Below, piece after piece: positions 30,603-40,984 of a stretch of DNA of 64,000 nt. This stretch comes from an uncultured Alphaproteobacteria bacterium. Its GTDB lineage: Bacteria > Pseudomonadota > Alphaproteobacteria > HIMB59 > GCA-002718135. Position numbers and translations under genes: made by a program. The stretch lies in the NCBI GenBank assembly GCA_902518985.1, contig CABYIF010000001.1:8814-72813 (forward strand). Direction: 5' to 3'. The notes below the pieces were generated by a model that was not told where the DNA came from, searched no databases, and saw only the letters and a list, made by a program, of their open reading frames with translations. Position 1 is the first letter of the stretch, and each line of letters opens with the position of its first letter.

Positions 30603-31184
30603 TTAAGTTTGAGTTAATATCCAAATTGGGCTTGAGGAATTAGTGGGCTTTTCGAAAGTCCACGTATCTTTATTTTTTATTATTTTTCCCTCGTCGTTAT
30701 TTAGCATTTGTTCACTAACGAAATTTACCGATATTGAAATTATATTATTCTCAACCTTTGCCTTTTCAATTCCATCAACAACTAAAGAGTAAAATTGAGA
30801 TGAGGGGTTGTTTGTTTTTTGGTCAATAGCATTTTCAAATGCGGTGTAGACGTCTTTTGAAACAAGTTCTTTTAATGTTCTCTTATCACCGTTGTTAAAA
30901 GCTGTTATGATTATTTCGAATGCTTTTTTTGCTCCGTCTAAAAATTGTCTGTGGTCAAAATTGCTTACCCTCTTATAAACCTCTTCTAGCTTGACCTCAC
31001 TATCAAGTAAAGATGGGATTTTTTTTGGAGTTTCTTGATCTTTGTTTTGCTTTGGTTGTTGTTCAGCCACCTCTTTTTGGAATCCAGTTCTTTTTCCTAA
31101 AACGCTTCTTAATCTATAAATAATAAAACCCGCTATCGCAGCAAATATTAAAATATCAAAGAACTGTAATTCACCATAAAGCAT
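30603..31184 (-). CDS. Tim44-like domain membrane protein
   Basis: 193 aa. N-terminal TM helix and a C-terminal Tim44-like NTF2 fold (FDHRQFLDGAKKAFEIIITAFNNGD...L..L....V...F). Confidence 0.7.
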   Translation of the reverse strand: MLYGELQFFDILIFAAIAGFIIYRLRSVLGKRTGFQKEVAEQQPKQNKDQETPKKIPSLLDSEVKLEEVYKRVSNFDHRQFLDGAKKAFEIIITAFNNGDKRTLKELVSKDVYTAFENAIDQKTNNPSSQFYSLVVDGIEKAKVENNIISISVNFVSEQMLNNDEGKIIKNKDTWTFEKPTNSSSPIWILTQT

Positions 31185-31213
31185 AAAAAATTATATAATT
31201 ACTTTTTTCAATA

Positions 31214-31891
31214 TTAATAGTTAAATTTATTCCAAATTGGGTTTTTTATTTTTTTTAACATTAGCCTGTGTTGTTGTATTTGATCAATAGTGGGTTTTAT
31301 TTCTTTAGTTTTTTCTTTATTTGTGTTGTTCGTTGAGGATTTTTGGTTTTCCTTTTTATTTGGCTCTAGCTGCATAGAAAACTGTTTTCCACCTCTAAGC
31401 TCTAAATATACAGAGGCTAACAATTGTGAGTCTAATAAGGCTCCGTGGAAAGATCTGTCAGACAAATCTATATTAAATCTTCTGCACAAATAATCTAGGT
31501 TTGCCACTCTAGTATTAAGAACCTGTCTTGCCAATGTTACAGTGTCTATAATTGGGTTTTTTAATGGTTCCTTTCCAATTAAAGAAAGCTCTTTATTTAA
31601 AAAACCAAGATCAAAATCAGCATTGTGGATAATAAGCGTGTCCTCCTTTAGAAAATCTAAAAGAATATCATGATTTTCTCCAAAGGTTTTCTGTTGTTTT
31701 AAAAAGCTGTCTGATAAACCAACAACTGTTTTTGCTCCATCAGAGATTTCTATGTCTGGTCTACAATAGAATTGAAGTGTTTTGCCTGTGGGAACGTAGT
31801 TTTTTAACTCAACACAGCCTACTTCAATTATTCTGTCGCCAGATTTGTAATTTAGTCCTGTTGTTTCGGTATCAAGAACAATTTCTCTCAT
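31214..31891 (-). CDS. dnaQ: DNA polymerase III epsilon (proofreading exonuclease) subunit
   Basis: Exo I VLDTETTG, Exo II IIHNADFDLGFL and Exo III HGALLDSQLLASVY. Confidence 0.9.
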   Translation of the reverse strand: MREIVLDTETTGLNYKSGDRIIEVGCVELKNYVPTGKTLQFYCRPDIEISDGAKTVVGLSDSFLKQQKTFGENHDILLDFLKEDTLIIHNADFDLGFLNKELSLIGKEPLKNPIIDTVTLARQVLNTRVANLDYLCRRFNIDLSDRSFHGALLDSQLLASVYLELRGGKQFSMQLEPNKKENQKSSTNNTNKEKTKEIKPTIDQIQQHRLMLKKIKNPIWNKFNY

Positions 31892-32484
31892 AAAAATTTC
31901 TTGTCCAAAAGTTTGTTTATTTTTTTTAAATACATTTTCATGCTGTCATTGTTTATAATTACTATATCAGATTTTTCCTTTCTAACCACATCTGATGTTT
32001 GGACTTTTAATATTTTGTTAAAAACAATCTTTGTGATTTTTTTTGATTTTTTTAGCCTTTTAAGCCTCTCTTTTTTTGATGAAATAATAGAAATTATTAT
32101 ATCAAAATTTTTATCTAAGTTATTTTCAAATAACAGGGGTATGTCTAAAAAAATAATTTTTGTGTTTTTTTTCTTATGTTTTTCAATAAATCTCTCTCTG
32201 CCTTTTCTTACAATTTTAAATATAAACTTCTCTAGTTTTGATTTAATTGCTTTGTTGGAAAAAATTATATTTGAAACATATTTTTTATCAATATTTGTAC
32301 CATTAATTGCTTTTTTTAAGCCTATTTTTTTTAAATATTTTATAAATTCTATAGTCGGCTTTCTATAAATATTTGCAACCACAAGATCAGAGTCTAATAG
32401 TGGTATGCCTCTTTTAAGTATTTCTTTTGAAAAAGTTGATTTGCCCGAACCTATTCCACCAGTAATACTGACCACAATCGTCAT
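31888..32484 (-). CDS. coaE: dephospho-CoA kinase
   Basis: 198 aa with P-loop ITGGIGSGKST. Position between aroE and dnaQ is conserved in alphaproteobacteria. Confidence 0.85.
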   Translation of the reverse strand: MTIVVSITGGIGSGKSTFSKEILKRGIPLLDSDLVVANIYRKPTIEFIKYLKKIGLKKAINGTNIDKKYVSNIIFSNKAIKSKLEKFIFKIVRKGRERFIEKHKKKNTKIIFLDIPLLFENNLDKNFDIIISIISSKKERLKRLKKSKKITKIVFNKILKVQTSDVVRKEKSDIVIINNDSMKMYLKKINKLLDKKFL

Positions 32485-33266
32485 TGTATTTTTTTATCTA
32501 GTGTTTGAATAAGTTTTTTATCTATAAGTGGATTAAAGCCAAACCATATCCTAAAACAAGATGCGGCTTGTTCTAATAACATTGAAATTCCATATATTTT
32601 TTTATTGTCTGGAAAATTTTTTAGAAAATCAGTATTTTTTGGGAAGTAAACTATGTCGCTTAATAGCGTTTTTTTGCTTAAATATTTTAAGCTTTCCTTT
32701 TTGATTGGGTTTTTGGGGGTTGTGTTAATTACTATTTCAGAGTTAGTTAGAAGCTTGTTTAACTTTTTTATGCTGATTGTATATTTGGTAGTTTTTTCAA
32801 ACCTTAATTTTTTTTTTGTTCTGTTAATAATTGAAATATTTTTAAAACCTTTAAGGCTTAAGACATAATGAATTGCAAGCGCTGCTCCCCCGTACCCTAT
32901 AATTAAGATATTTTTTTTCTTTATATTTTTTATTTTAGGAAGCGTCTTGTAATAACCCATCCAATCAGTGTTAAAGCCTTTGATTTTTTTGTTAACATGA
33001 ACGCAGTTAACTGCATTTATGTTTAAAGAATGTTCATCGCATAGCTCAATATATTTCATTATTCTTTGTTTAAATGGGATTGTTATATTGAGTCCACCCA
33101 ATCTTTTATCAGCTAATGTTTCTATAATTTTTTTATCAAATTTTTTTTGGCTTACTTCTATAAAGCCATATCTAGCATCTATTTTATATTTCCTGAACCA
33201 ATGATTAAAAATTATAGGCGAAAGACTTTTTGATGACTTGTTTCCAACTACATAGTAATTCTTCAT
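32481..33266 (-). CDS. aroE: shikimate dehydrogenase
   Basis: 261 aa. Contains GLNITIPFK, NTDW.G, and a Rossmann segment IIGYGGAA. Confidence 0.85.
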   Translation of the reverse strand: MKNYYVVGNKSSKSLSPIIFNHWFRKYKIDARYGFIEVSQKKFDKKIIETLADKRLGGLNITIPFKQRIMKYIELCDEHSLNINAVNCVHVNKKIKGFNTDWMGYYKTLPKIKNIKKKNILIIGYGGAALAIHYVLSLKGFKNISIINRTKKKLRFEKTTKYTISIKKLNKLLTNSEIVINTTPKNPIKKESLKYLSKKTLLSDIVYFPKNTDFLKNFPDNKKIYGISMLLEQAASCFRIWFGFNPLIDKKLIQTLDKKIQ

Positions 33267-33862
33267 TTGTTAGTAGATATAAATTTTAACAACTTGAAAA
33301 GAGGAAGTCCCATTACATTAAAAAAATCTCCTCTTATGTCTTCTATAATTTGTGGACCAAGGCTTTCAACTTGGTAGCAGCCAACTGACATTAAAATTTG
33401 TTTGCCTGTATTTTGTAAATAATTATTTATTTGTAATGAGTTAATTTTTCTTATTTTTACTATAGTTGTTGAGGAACAGCCCCAAACTTTTTGTCCTTTT
33501 TTACAAACCGTTAAGCCTGAAACAATTTTATGCTTTCTTCCAGAAAGCGCTTTTATTTTTTCATGAGCTTCATTTATGTTTTTTGCTTTATCAAATATCT
33601 TTCCATTCATATAAATTAATGTATCACAGCCGATTACATACTTGTTATAATGTGTTTTGGTTTCACTGATGCTTTTAGCTTTCTCATAAGATAGTTTTTT
33701 TGCGACGTAGCTGGGATTGTTTTTTTTTAATTTAAGTTTCTTTTTTAATTTTTCTTCATCACACATAGGTTTTACTTGTTTAAAATTAAAACCCGCATTT
33801 TTTAGAATCGTATATCTTGACTTACTTGTGCTTGCTAAAACATATGTGCTGTGGGTAATCAT
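33263..33862 (-). CDS. maf: Maf-family nucleotide pyrophosphatase
   Basis: LASTSKSR...L......F.....DE pattern and a C-terminal GDFFNVMGLP. I prefer Met10 of the track ORF (MITHSTYVLASTSKSR). Confidence 0.82.
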   Translation of the reverse strand: MITHSTYVLASTSKSRYTILKNAGFNFKQVKPMCDEEKLKKKLKLKKNNPSYVAKKLSYEKAKSISETKTHYNKYVIGCDTLIYMNGKIFDKAKNINEAHEKIKALSGRKHKIVSGLTVCKKGQKVWGCSSTTIVKIRKINSLQINNYLQNTGKQILMSVGCYQVESLGPQIIEDIRGDFFNVMGLPLFKLLKFISTNK

Positions 33863-34272
33863 GTTAATAAATCTAATGGTTATTAACACAATTCATAAAG
33901 GTTTAAATTATTCATAAAAGAGTTTTTTTAAAGAATAATGTTGCTAACAAGTTAATAACTTAATTTTTTATATCCAGATTGTTTTAAAATAATATTTATT
34001 AGAAATATTTAACAAGTTATCAGACTTTTTATTATATTCTAAATAATTGTTAATTAGTCTTAATTTTTAGATATTAAATTTATTAACAACAAAAATTAAC
34101 AGTTTTTCCATATGTTAGTAAGACAGAGATAACCTATTAAAAACAAGAAATTGTTGTGATTCACCTTACAAATACTACTAATACCTAAATATTAAATATT
34201 AATATTATTTATTTTGACAATAATATTTATTTTTTGTAATGATCTACTTCATTTCAATTTTACCCCATCAAT

Positions 34273-35532
34273 ATGAACCTACAAGAATTAAAAAGTAAAA
34301 ATCCTGAAGAGTTATTAAAAGAAGCTGATAAACTAGAAATAGAAAATCCTTCATCTCTAAGAAAACAAGACTTAATGTTTGCAATATTAAAAACAATTGC
34401 TGAGGAAGGTACTGCTATTACTGGTCTCGGTGTTATTGAAATTATGCAGGATGGATTTGGTTTTTTACGTTCCTCAGAGTCAAATTATTTACCAGGACCA
34501 GATGATATATATGTTTCACCTTCTCAAATAAAAAAATTTAGTTTGAGAACAGGCGACAGTGTTGAAGGAGAAATTAGATCACCAAAACAAGGTGAAAGAT
34601 ATTTCGCTATAATTAAAATCAATAAAATCAATGGCCAAGAAACAGATCAGGTAAGAAACAGAGTTAATTTTGAAGACCTAACTCCTTTATACCCTGACTC
34701 TAGATTTAAATTGGAACAAGAAAAACCAATGCCCGATCTCACTGAAAGAATAATAGATATTATAGCTCCTTTAGGGAAAGGACAGAGACAGCTAATAGTG
34801 GCGCAACCATTTACCGGGAAAACCATTATTATGCAGAAAATAGCTAATGCAATTACCGCTAATAGTCCAAACACAAAACTTATTGTTTTATTAATAGATG
34901 AAAGACCTGAAGAGGTTACAGATATGCAGAGATCACTAACCAAAGGTGAGGTTATTAGTTCAACCTTTGATGAACCAGCATCTCGACATGTGCAAGTTGC
35001 TGAAATGGTAATCGAAAAAGCCAAAAGACTGGTTGAATATAAACACGACGTTGTCATCCTCCTAGACTCGATAACAAGATTGGGAAGGGCTTATAATACA
35101 GTAGTTCCTTCAAGTGGAAAGGTGTTAACTGGAGGAGTTGATGCAAACGCACTTCAAAGACCAAAAAGGTTTTTTGGAGCAGCAAGAAACGTTGAAAAAG
35201 GCGGTTCTCTTACAATTATAGCAACCGCTTTGATCGACACCGGAAGCAGAATGGATGAGGTTATTTTTGAAGAGTTTAAAGGAACAGGTAACAGTGAGAT
35301 GGTTTTAGACAGAAAGTTGAGTCAAAAAAGAACTTACCCAGCCTTTGATATTGGTAAATCAGGCACAAGAAAAGAAGAGCTATTGTTAGACAAAGACGAG
35401 CTTGGAAAAATATTTATTTTGAGAAAAATATTAGCACCTATGGGAACAACAGAATCAATGGAATTTTTGTTAGAAAAAATGAAAAATACAAAAACCAACA
35501 ATGATTTTTTCCAAAGTATGGGAACAAAATAA
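34273..35532 (+). CDS. rho: transcription termination factor Rho
   Basis: 419 aa. Rho N-terminal domain, cold-shock-like RNA-binding GFGFLR, Walker A AQPFTGKT, Walker [17 protein letters not shown]. Confidence 0.97.
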   Translation: MNLQELKSKNPEELLKEADKLEIENPSSLRKQDLMFAILKTIAEEGTAITGLGVIEIMQDGFGFLRSSESNYLPGPDDIYVSPSQIKKFSLRTGDSVEGEIRSPKQGERYFAIIKINKINGQETDQVRNRVNFEDLTPLYPDSRFKLEQEKPMPDLTERIIDIIAPLGKGQRQLIVAQPFTGKTIIMQKIANAITANSPNTKLIVLLIDERPEEVTDMQRSLTKGEVISSTFDEPASRHVQVAEMVIEKAKRLVEYKHDVVILLDSITRLGRAYNTVVPSSGKVLTGGVDANALQRPKRFFGAARNVEKGGSLTIIATALIDTGSRMDEVIFEEFKGTGNSEMVLDRKLSQKRTYPAFDIGKSGTRKEELLLDKDELGKIFILRKILAPMGTTESMEFLLEKMKNTKTNNDFFQSMGTK

Positions 35533-35606
35533 TTCAAATAAACTATACAAGTTAATTTTAACTTTTATCATTTACATAACCACTTCTTGGGTTTAATTCC
35601 CAAAAA

Positions 35607-36893
35607 ATGAAACATATAAATGATACGATTTTTGCTCTTTCTACAAAAAAAAGTAAATCAGCAATCGCAATTTTTAGGTTTTCAGGAAATAAGTCCCATA
35701 GTGTCATAAAGTCGATTTCCTCAAAAAAAATCTTTAAACACAAAGTCTCCACACTGAATGATATTTTAGAAGGAAAAAAAAGAATTGATCAGACATTAAC
35801 CACTTTTTTTAAATCACCAAACAGCTATACAGGCGAAGACATGGTAGAAATTTCATGCCATGGAAGTGTTTCAGTAATTAATAAAATTACAGAAATTATT
35901 TTAAAAAAAAATATAAGGCTGGCTGAACATGGTGAGTTTACTAAAAGAGCATTGATTAATGATAAGCTCACTTTGTTAGAAGCTGAATCTATAAACGATC
36001 TTATAAATGCAGAAACAGAAAACCAAAGAAAAATTGCAATTGGTAATTTAAGTGGAGATTTAGACAAATTTATAGACAATATTACCAAAAAAACAAAAAA
36101 GCTTCTTGCAGATGTTGAAGCAATTATAGATTTTGCCGATGAAGATCTACCAAACTCATTACACAAAAATATTAAAGAACAATATAAGAACATTTGTGAT
36201 CTGATTAACAAGGCTATTAAAAAATCAAACATATCAAAAAAAATTTATGAGGGTTACAGAATTACTATTATTGGTAAACCTAATACAGGTAAGTCTTCAT
36301 TTATTAACTATATTAACAACAAAGAGGTTTCTATTGTTACAAATATACCAGGCACAACAACAGATTTAGTCACATCTTCTCTTGATATTAATGGCGATAA
36401 GTACACTTTTGTTGACACAGCTGGTATTAGAAAATATAGAAATATAATTGAAAAAATAGGAATTGAAAGAACAATTGAAAGCGCACAAAAGTCCGATCTT
36501 AATTTAGTTTTCCTTGAAAATAATGAAAAATCTAATTATGAAAAATTAAATAATAATATTTTTGTAAAGTCTAAATATGACAAAAAAAAACAAAAGTTTC
36601 GAGGAGTTTACAATATATCTAGTGTGAGCGGGTACGGTGTAGAGGCCCTTTTAAAGGCTATAAGTAAAAAGCTGAAGAAAAACCATGTCAAAGGACCATA
36701 TTTTTCACGTGAAAGACACGTAGAAAATCTTAAAATGTCTCTATCTTCTTTAAAGTTAGTAAATTTTAAGGAAATTGATATAGCCGCTGAAAATATTAGA
36801 AATTCCCTTATTTATTTAAATGGTATTAATGAAAAATTTGATATTGAAAATATTTTAGATATAATATTTAGTGATTTTTGTATTGGAAAGTGA
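35607..36893 (+). CDS. mnmE: tRNA modification GTPase MnmE
   Basis: 428 aa. G domain with GKPNTGKSS and DTAGIR, and the C-terminal CIGK tetrapeptide. Confidence 0.92.
   Translation: MKHINDTIFALSTKKSKSAIAIFRFSGNKSHSVIKSISSKKIFKHKVSTLNDILEGKKRIDQTLTTFFKSPNSYTGEDMVEISCHGSVSVINKITEIILKKNIRLAEHGEFTKRALINDKLTLLEAESINDLINAETENQRKIAIGNLSGDLDKFIDNITKKTKKLLADVEAIIDFADEDLPNSLHKNIKEQYKNICDLINKAIKKSNISKKIYEGYRITIIGKPNTGKSSFINYINNKEVSIVTNIPGTTTDLVTSSLDINGDKYTFVDTAGIRKYRNIIEKIGIERTIESAQKSDLNLVFLENNEKSNYEKLNNNIFVKSKYDKKKQKFRGVYNISSVSGYGVEALLKAISKKLKKNHVKGPYFSRERHVENLKMSLSSLKLVNFKEIDIAAENIRNSLIYLNGINEKFDIENILDIIFSDFCIGK
36701..36716. promoter_or_regulatory. parS-like centromere palindrome (14/16 to TGTTTCACGTGAAACA)
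   Basis: tttttcacgtgaaaga, with a perfect 12-bp palindromic core TTTCACGTGAAA at 36703-36714. It lies inside the mnmE 3' end and 2.7 kb upstream of parA. Confidence 0.5.
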
Positions 36894-36907
36894 TTTCACG
36901 TGAAAGA
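36892..36907. promoter_or_regulatory. second parS-like palindrome (13/16 to consensus)
   Basis: gatttcacgtgaaaga, with the same 12-bp core TTTCACGTGAAA at 36894-36905. It spans the mnmE stop and the mnmG GTG start. Confidence 0.45.
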
Positions 36908-38774
36908 TATTATTAAAAAATACGATGTAGTTGTTATAGGCGGAGGTCATGCTGGAGTAGAGGCAGCATGTTCTTCTGCTAGAACAGGGTCAAAAACACT
37001 ATTAATAACACACAAAATTGATAAAATTGGTGAAATGTCTTGTAATCCAGCAATTGGAGGACTGGGAAAAGGTCATTTGGTCAAAGAAATAGATGCGCTT
37101 GATGGAATAATGGCTAGGGCAACTGACAAATCATGCATACAGTTTAGAATGTTAAATTCAAGCAGGGGGGCAGCAGTTAGGGGGCCAAGGGCCCAAACAG
37201 ATAGGCTTTTATATAAAAACGCAATTAATGAACTTGTAAAACAACAAAAGGGCCTTGATTTAATGCAGGGGTCTGTAGAAGACCTAATTATATCTAATCA
37301 AACAGTTAGCGGTGTTATTTTAGGCGACAACCAAAAAATATTTTCAAAATCTGTTGTTTTAACAACAGGAACTTTTTTACAAGGGCTTATTAGAATAGGT
37401 TCGGAAAAGCAAAAGGCAGGAAGAGTTGGTGACAAACCGTCAATTAGACTTGCAAAAAGACTTAAAGACCTAAAGTTTTCAATAGGCAGATTAAAAACAG
37501 GAACACCACCAAGATTACTAAAAAAATCTATAAATTTCAACAACTTAAGCGAACAAAAGCCTGACAAAAACCCAATACCCTTTTCTTTTATCAACAGAGA
37601 TATCCACATTCAGCAAATCTCTTGTTTTATTACCCACACCAATAAAGAGACACATGAAATTATATCTAGAAACCTGAATCTATCACCCATGTATTCTGGT
37701 GAAACTCAATCAACTGGTGCAAGATACTGTCCTTCAATAGAGGATAAAATACACAAGTTTAAAAACAAAACATCACATCAAATTTTCTTGGAGCCAGAAG
37801 GCCTCGAAAGTGATTTAATATACCCAAATGGAATATCTTCCTCTTTGCCAACTGAAATACAAGAGCGTTTTGTTAAAACGATTATAGGTTTAGAAAATGT
37901 CAAAATCACCCAGCCTGCCTATGCTATTGAATATGATTATGTTGACCCTCAAGAACTAACACATAGTTTAGAAACTAAAAAAATTAAAAACCTTTATTTT
38001 GCAGGTCAGATCAACGGAACAACAGGATATGAAGAAGCGGCAGCACAAGGATTAATAGCTGGAATTAACGCATCTCTCTCAGTAACTTCAAACAGAAAAT
38101 TTATTATACCAAGATCATCAGGTTATATAGGTGTTTTAATAGATGATTTGGTTACTAAAGGCACTAAAGAGCCTTATAGAATGTTCACTTCTAGGTCTGA
38201 GTACCGACTTCTTCTTAGGTCAGATAATGCGGACTTAAGATTAACACAATTAGGTATCGACGTCGGGTGTGTTGGACTTGATAGACAGAAATTTTTCGAA
38301 AAAAGATCTAAAAGAATTGAAAAAGGTTTTAAAGTTGCCCGCAGTCTAAAGTTTTCCCCAGACGCATTGTCATTAAAAGGTATTAAAATAAATAAAGATG
38401 GTAAAAAAAGAAACATAATAGACCTTCTTTCATTTTCTAACATTACGACAAATAAATTAAAAAAAATAATACCCGAACTAAAAAACCTTGATAATGACGT
38501 GGTTGAACAAATTGAAATTGAGGCAAAATATTCAGGTTACTTAAAAAGACAAAGAATGGATATAAAGGATTTTGAAAAAGAAGAAAATTTACTAATTCCA
38601 AAATCGACTAATTACAAACTTGTTGGCAGCCTATCCAATGAAATTGTAGAAAAACTATCTAAAATTAAACCTCCTACACTTGGTGCTGCGTCAAGGGTTT
38701 CTGGGGTTACACCTGCAGCCATAATTGCACTACTAAGGTATATAAAAAAGAACAAAAATAAGAAAGCGGCCTGA
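36900..38774 (+). CDS. mnmG: tRNA uridine 5-carboxymethylaminomethyl modification enzyme MnmG (GidA)
   Basis: 624 aa with a GTG start. FAD fold [12 protein letters not shown] and the GidA signature [16 protein letters not shown]. Confidence 0.97.
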   Translation: MKDIIKKYDVVVIGGGHAGVEAACSSARTGSKTLLITHKIDKIGEMSCNPAIGGLGKGHLVKEIDALDGIMARATDKSCIQFRMLNSSRGAAVRGPRAQTDRLLYKNAINELVKQQKGLDLMQGSVEDLIISNQTVSGVILGDNQKIFSKSVVLTTGTFLQGLIRIGSEKQKAGRVGDKPSIRLAKRLKDLKFSIGRLKTGTPPRLLKKSINFNNLSEQKPDKNPIPFSFINRDIHIQQISCFITHTNKETHEIISRNLNLSPMYSGETQSTGARYCPSIEDKIHKFKNKTSHQIFLEPEGLESDLIYPNGISSSLPTEIQERFVKTIIGLENVKITQPAYAIEYDYVDPQELTHSLETKKIKNLYFAGQINGTTGYEEAAAQGLIAGINASLSVTSNRKFIIPRSSGYIGVLIDDLVTKGTKEPYRMFTSRSEYRLLLRSDNADLRLTQLGIDVGCVGLDRQKFFEKRSKRIEKGFKVARSLKFSPDALSLKGIKINKDGKKRNIIDLLSFSNITTNKLKKIIPELKNLDNDVVEQIEIEAKYSGYLKRQRMDIKDFEKEENLLIPKSTNYKLVGSLSNEIVEKLSKIKPPTLGAASRVSGVTPAAIIALLRYIKKNKNKKAA

Positions 38775-38776
38775 TA

Positions 38777-39382
38777 TTGGAAAAAGAATCAGTTATTAAA
38801 TTATACAAACTTAATAAAAGGCAAGTTTTTTTAATAGAAACTTACATTAAGAAAATTAGAGATATTAATGAAAGACTAAATCTTGTTGGTACATCAACAT
38901 TAAACAATGCATGGGATCGACATATCAACGACTCGCTGCAACTTTCAAATTTTATTCCCAATAAAAAATCATCGATAATAGACCTTGGTACAGGTGGAGG
39001 CTTTCCTGGATTAATATTACAGCTTTATGGGTACAATAATATATTGTTAACTGACTCTAAGTTAAAAAAACTAAAATTTATAAAAGAGTTTGCTGATGAA
39101 AACAAAATTGCAGTTAAGCAAATATGTTCACGAGTTGAAAAAATAAAAAATCTAAAATTTGATTTTATAACTTGTAGAGCGTTTGCTCCGCTCACAAAAA
39201 TATTAGATTATTCACTGATATTTGTAAAAAAAAATACATCATTACTTTTTCTTAAAGGAAGAAGTGTTAAAAATGAGATTAATGATGCAAAAAAATTATT
39301 CAATTTTCACTATAATCTTCATGAAAGCAAAAGCGTAGGAGGAGGGTTTGTTTTGAGCATAAATAACTTGAGCAGAGAATGA
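38777..39382 (+). CDS. rsmG: 16S rRNA (guanine527-N7)-methyltransferase RsmG (GidB)
   Basis: 201 aa with a TTG start. SAM motif DLGTGGGFPG. mnmG-rsmG-parAB synteny. Confidence 0.86.
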   Translation: MEKESVIKLYKLNKRQVFLIETYIKKIRDINERLNLVGTSTLNNAWDRHINDSLQLSNFIPNKKSSIIDLGTGGGFPGLILQLYGYNNILLTDSKLKKLKFIKEFADENKIAVKQICSRVEKIKNLKFDFITCRAFAPLTKILDYSLIFVKKNTSLLFLKGRSVKNEINDAKKLFNFHYNLHESKSVGGGFVLSINNLSRE

Positions 39383-40152
39383 AAAAAATTATCTCTGTAA
39401 CGAATCAAAAAGGAGGTGTTGGAAAAACAACAACAACCATAAATCTAGCAACCTCTCTTGCCGCTATTAAGAAAAGCGTTCTTATAGTAGATGCAGATCC
39501 ACAAGGGAACGCAAGTACAGGACTTGGACTAAATTATAGCGAAAGAAGCCCTTCTGTTTATGAAATGATACATGAAAAAAAACTCCTAGAAGCTGGGATA
39601 AAAGAAACTATAATTCCTGGTTTAAAAATTATTGGATCAAATACAGACTTAGCTGCCGCTGAAGTGGAGTTAACTGATTTTAATAAAAGAGAATATGTCT
39701 TAAAAAAAATATTTGACGATCTTTTAGATTTTGATTTTGTTTTTATTGATTGTCCTCCTGCCTTAGGCCTTTTAACTATCAACGCTTTGGTGGCCTCAAA
39801 CACAGCCCTTATTCCGCTTCAGTCTGAATTTTTTGCTTTAGAGGGTCTTTCAGCGCTAATGAAAACAATTAATCTAATTCAACAAAACTATAATAAAAAT
39901 CTTGAAATTGAGGGAATTTTATTAACAATGTTAGACAAAAGAAATTCTCTAAGCTCTTTAGTTGAAAAAGATGTAAGAAACCATTTTGGTGAAAAGGTGT
40001 ATAACACTACAATTCCAAGAAATGTAAAAATATCAGAAGCTCCCAGCCATGGTAAACCAGCTTTAGTATATGATACACATTGCTCAGGTTCTTTAGCATA
40101 TATTGAGCTTGCAAAAGAAGTAATTTTAAACCAAAATAAAAATAATGAATAA
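39379..40152 (+). CDS. parA: chromosome partitioning ATPase ParA
   Basis: 257 aa. Deviant Walker A NQKGGVGKTTT and Walker B FVFIDCPP. Confidence 0.94.
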   Translation: MKKIISVTNQKGGVGKTTTTINLATSLAAIKKSVLIVDADPQGNASTGLGLNYSERSPSVYEMIHEKKLLEAGIKETIIPGLKIIGSNTDLAAAEVELTDFNKREYVLKKIFDDLLDFDFVFIDCPPALGLLTINALVASNTALIPLQSEFFALEGLSALMKTINLIQQNYNKNLEIEGILLTMLDKRNSLSSLVEKDVRNHFGEKVYNTTIPRNVKISEAPSHGKPALVYDTHCSGSLAYIELAKEVILNQNKNNE

Positions 40153-40984
40153 AGACAAAAAACTAGGCATGGGTTTAGGCGCCTTATTATCTAACTCTAC
40201 TTCAAATACACTATCAGACACAGGGGTGCAAAAAATTAATATCTCACAAATTCAACCAAACCCAACACAACCAAGAAAAAACTTTAAAGATGAAGATTTA
40301 AATGAGCTTTCAACGTCTATTAAGAATCAAGGTTTAATCCAACCAATTGTTTTAAGAAAACTAGAAAATGATCAATACCAAATTATTGCTGGGGAAAGGC
40401 GGTGGAGAGCATCTCAATTAGCGGGATTGCATGAAGTTGATTGTGTTATTAAAGAACTAAAAGATACTGAGGTTTTAGAGGCAGCTTTGATAGAAAACAT
40501 CCAAAGAGAAGATTTAAATGTCATTGAAGAAGCAAACGCATACAAAAGCCTGATAAAAATTAAAAATATTAATAATGAAAAACTTTCAAAAATTATAGGA
40601 AAAAGCTCAAGCCACGTATCTAATATACTTAGGCTTCTCGAGTTAGAACAGCCAATACAGGAATTAGTAATTAAGGGTGATTTATCAATGGGACACGCTA
40701 GAGCGCTTATAGGCGTTCCAAATGCATTAGAAAAAGCAAATCAAATTATTGAGAAAAATTTAAGTGTTAGGCAGGTAGAAAAAATAACCTCTGAGTTTAA
40801 AAAAAATAAAAAAAACAGTCAACTAAAAGACCCAAACATTGCGGATCTTGAAAGAGAGCTATCAGATAAAATTGGATTAAAAACTTCTATTCAGTTTAAT
40901 GAAAATGGCTCTTCAGGATCACTGACCTTATATTATTCAGATTTAAACCAACTTGACGATTTAATGAAAAGACTTAAGAAATAG
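40145..40984 (+). CDS. parB: chromosome partitioning protein ParB
   Basis: 279 aa. ParB box IQPIVLR and GERRWRAS, plus a helix-turn-helix segment. Confidence 0.94.
   Translation: MNKDKKLGMGLGALLSNSTSNTLSDTGVQKINISQIQPNPTQPRKNFKDEDLNELSTSIKNQGLIQPIVLRKLENDQYQIIAGERRWRASQLAGLHEVDCVIKELKDTEVLEAALIENIQREDLNVIEEANAYKSLIKIKNINNEKLSKIIGKSSSHVSNILRLLELEQPIQELVIKGDLSMGHARALIGVPNALEKANQIIEKNLSVRQVEKITSEFKKNKKNSQLKDPNIADLERELSDKIGLKTSIQFNENGSSGSLTLYYSDLNQLDDLMKRLKK

Noticed and set aside
33863-34272. Calling the maf-rho spacer oriC outright.
   Set aside because: It has only 7/9 DnaA-box-like matches and no CtrA TTAA-N7-TTAA sites, and skew cannot be computed from one window. It is kept as a hypothesis in the findings and not annotated as a feature.
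35558-35752. A 64-aa minus-strand ORF between rho and mnmE.
   Set aside because: It overlaps the mnmE N-terminus on the opposite strand and has no supporting features.
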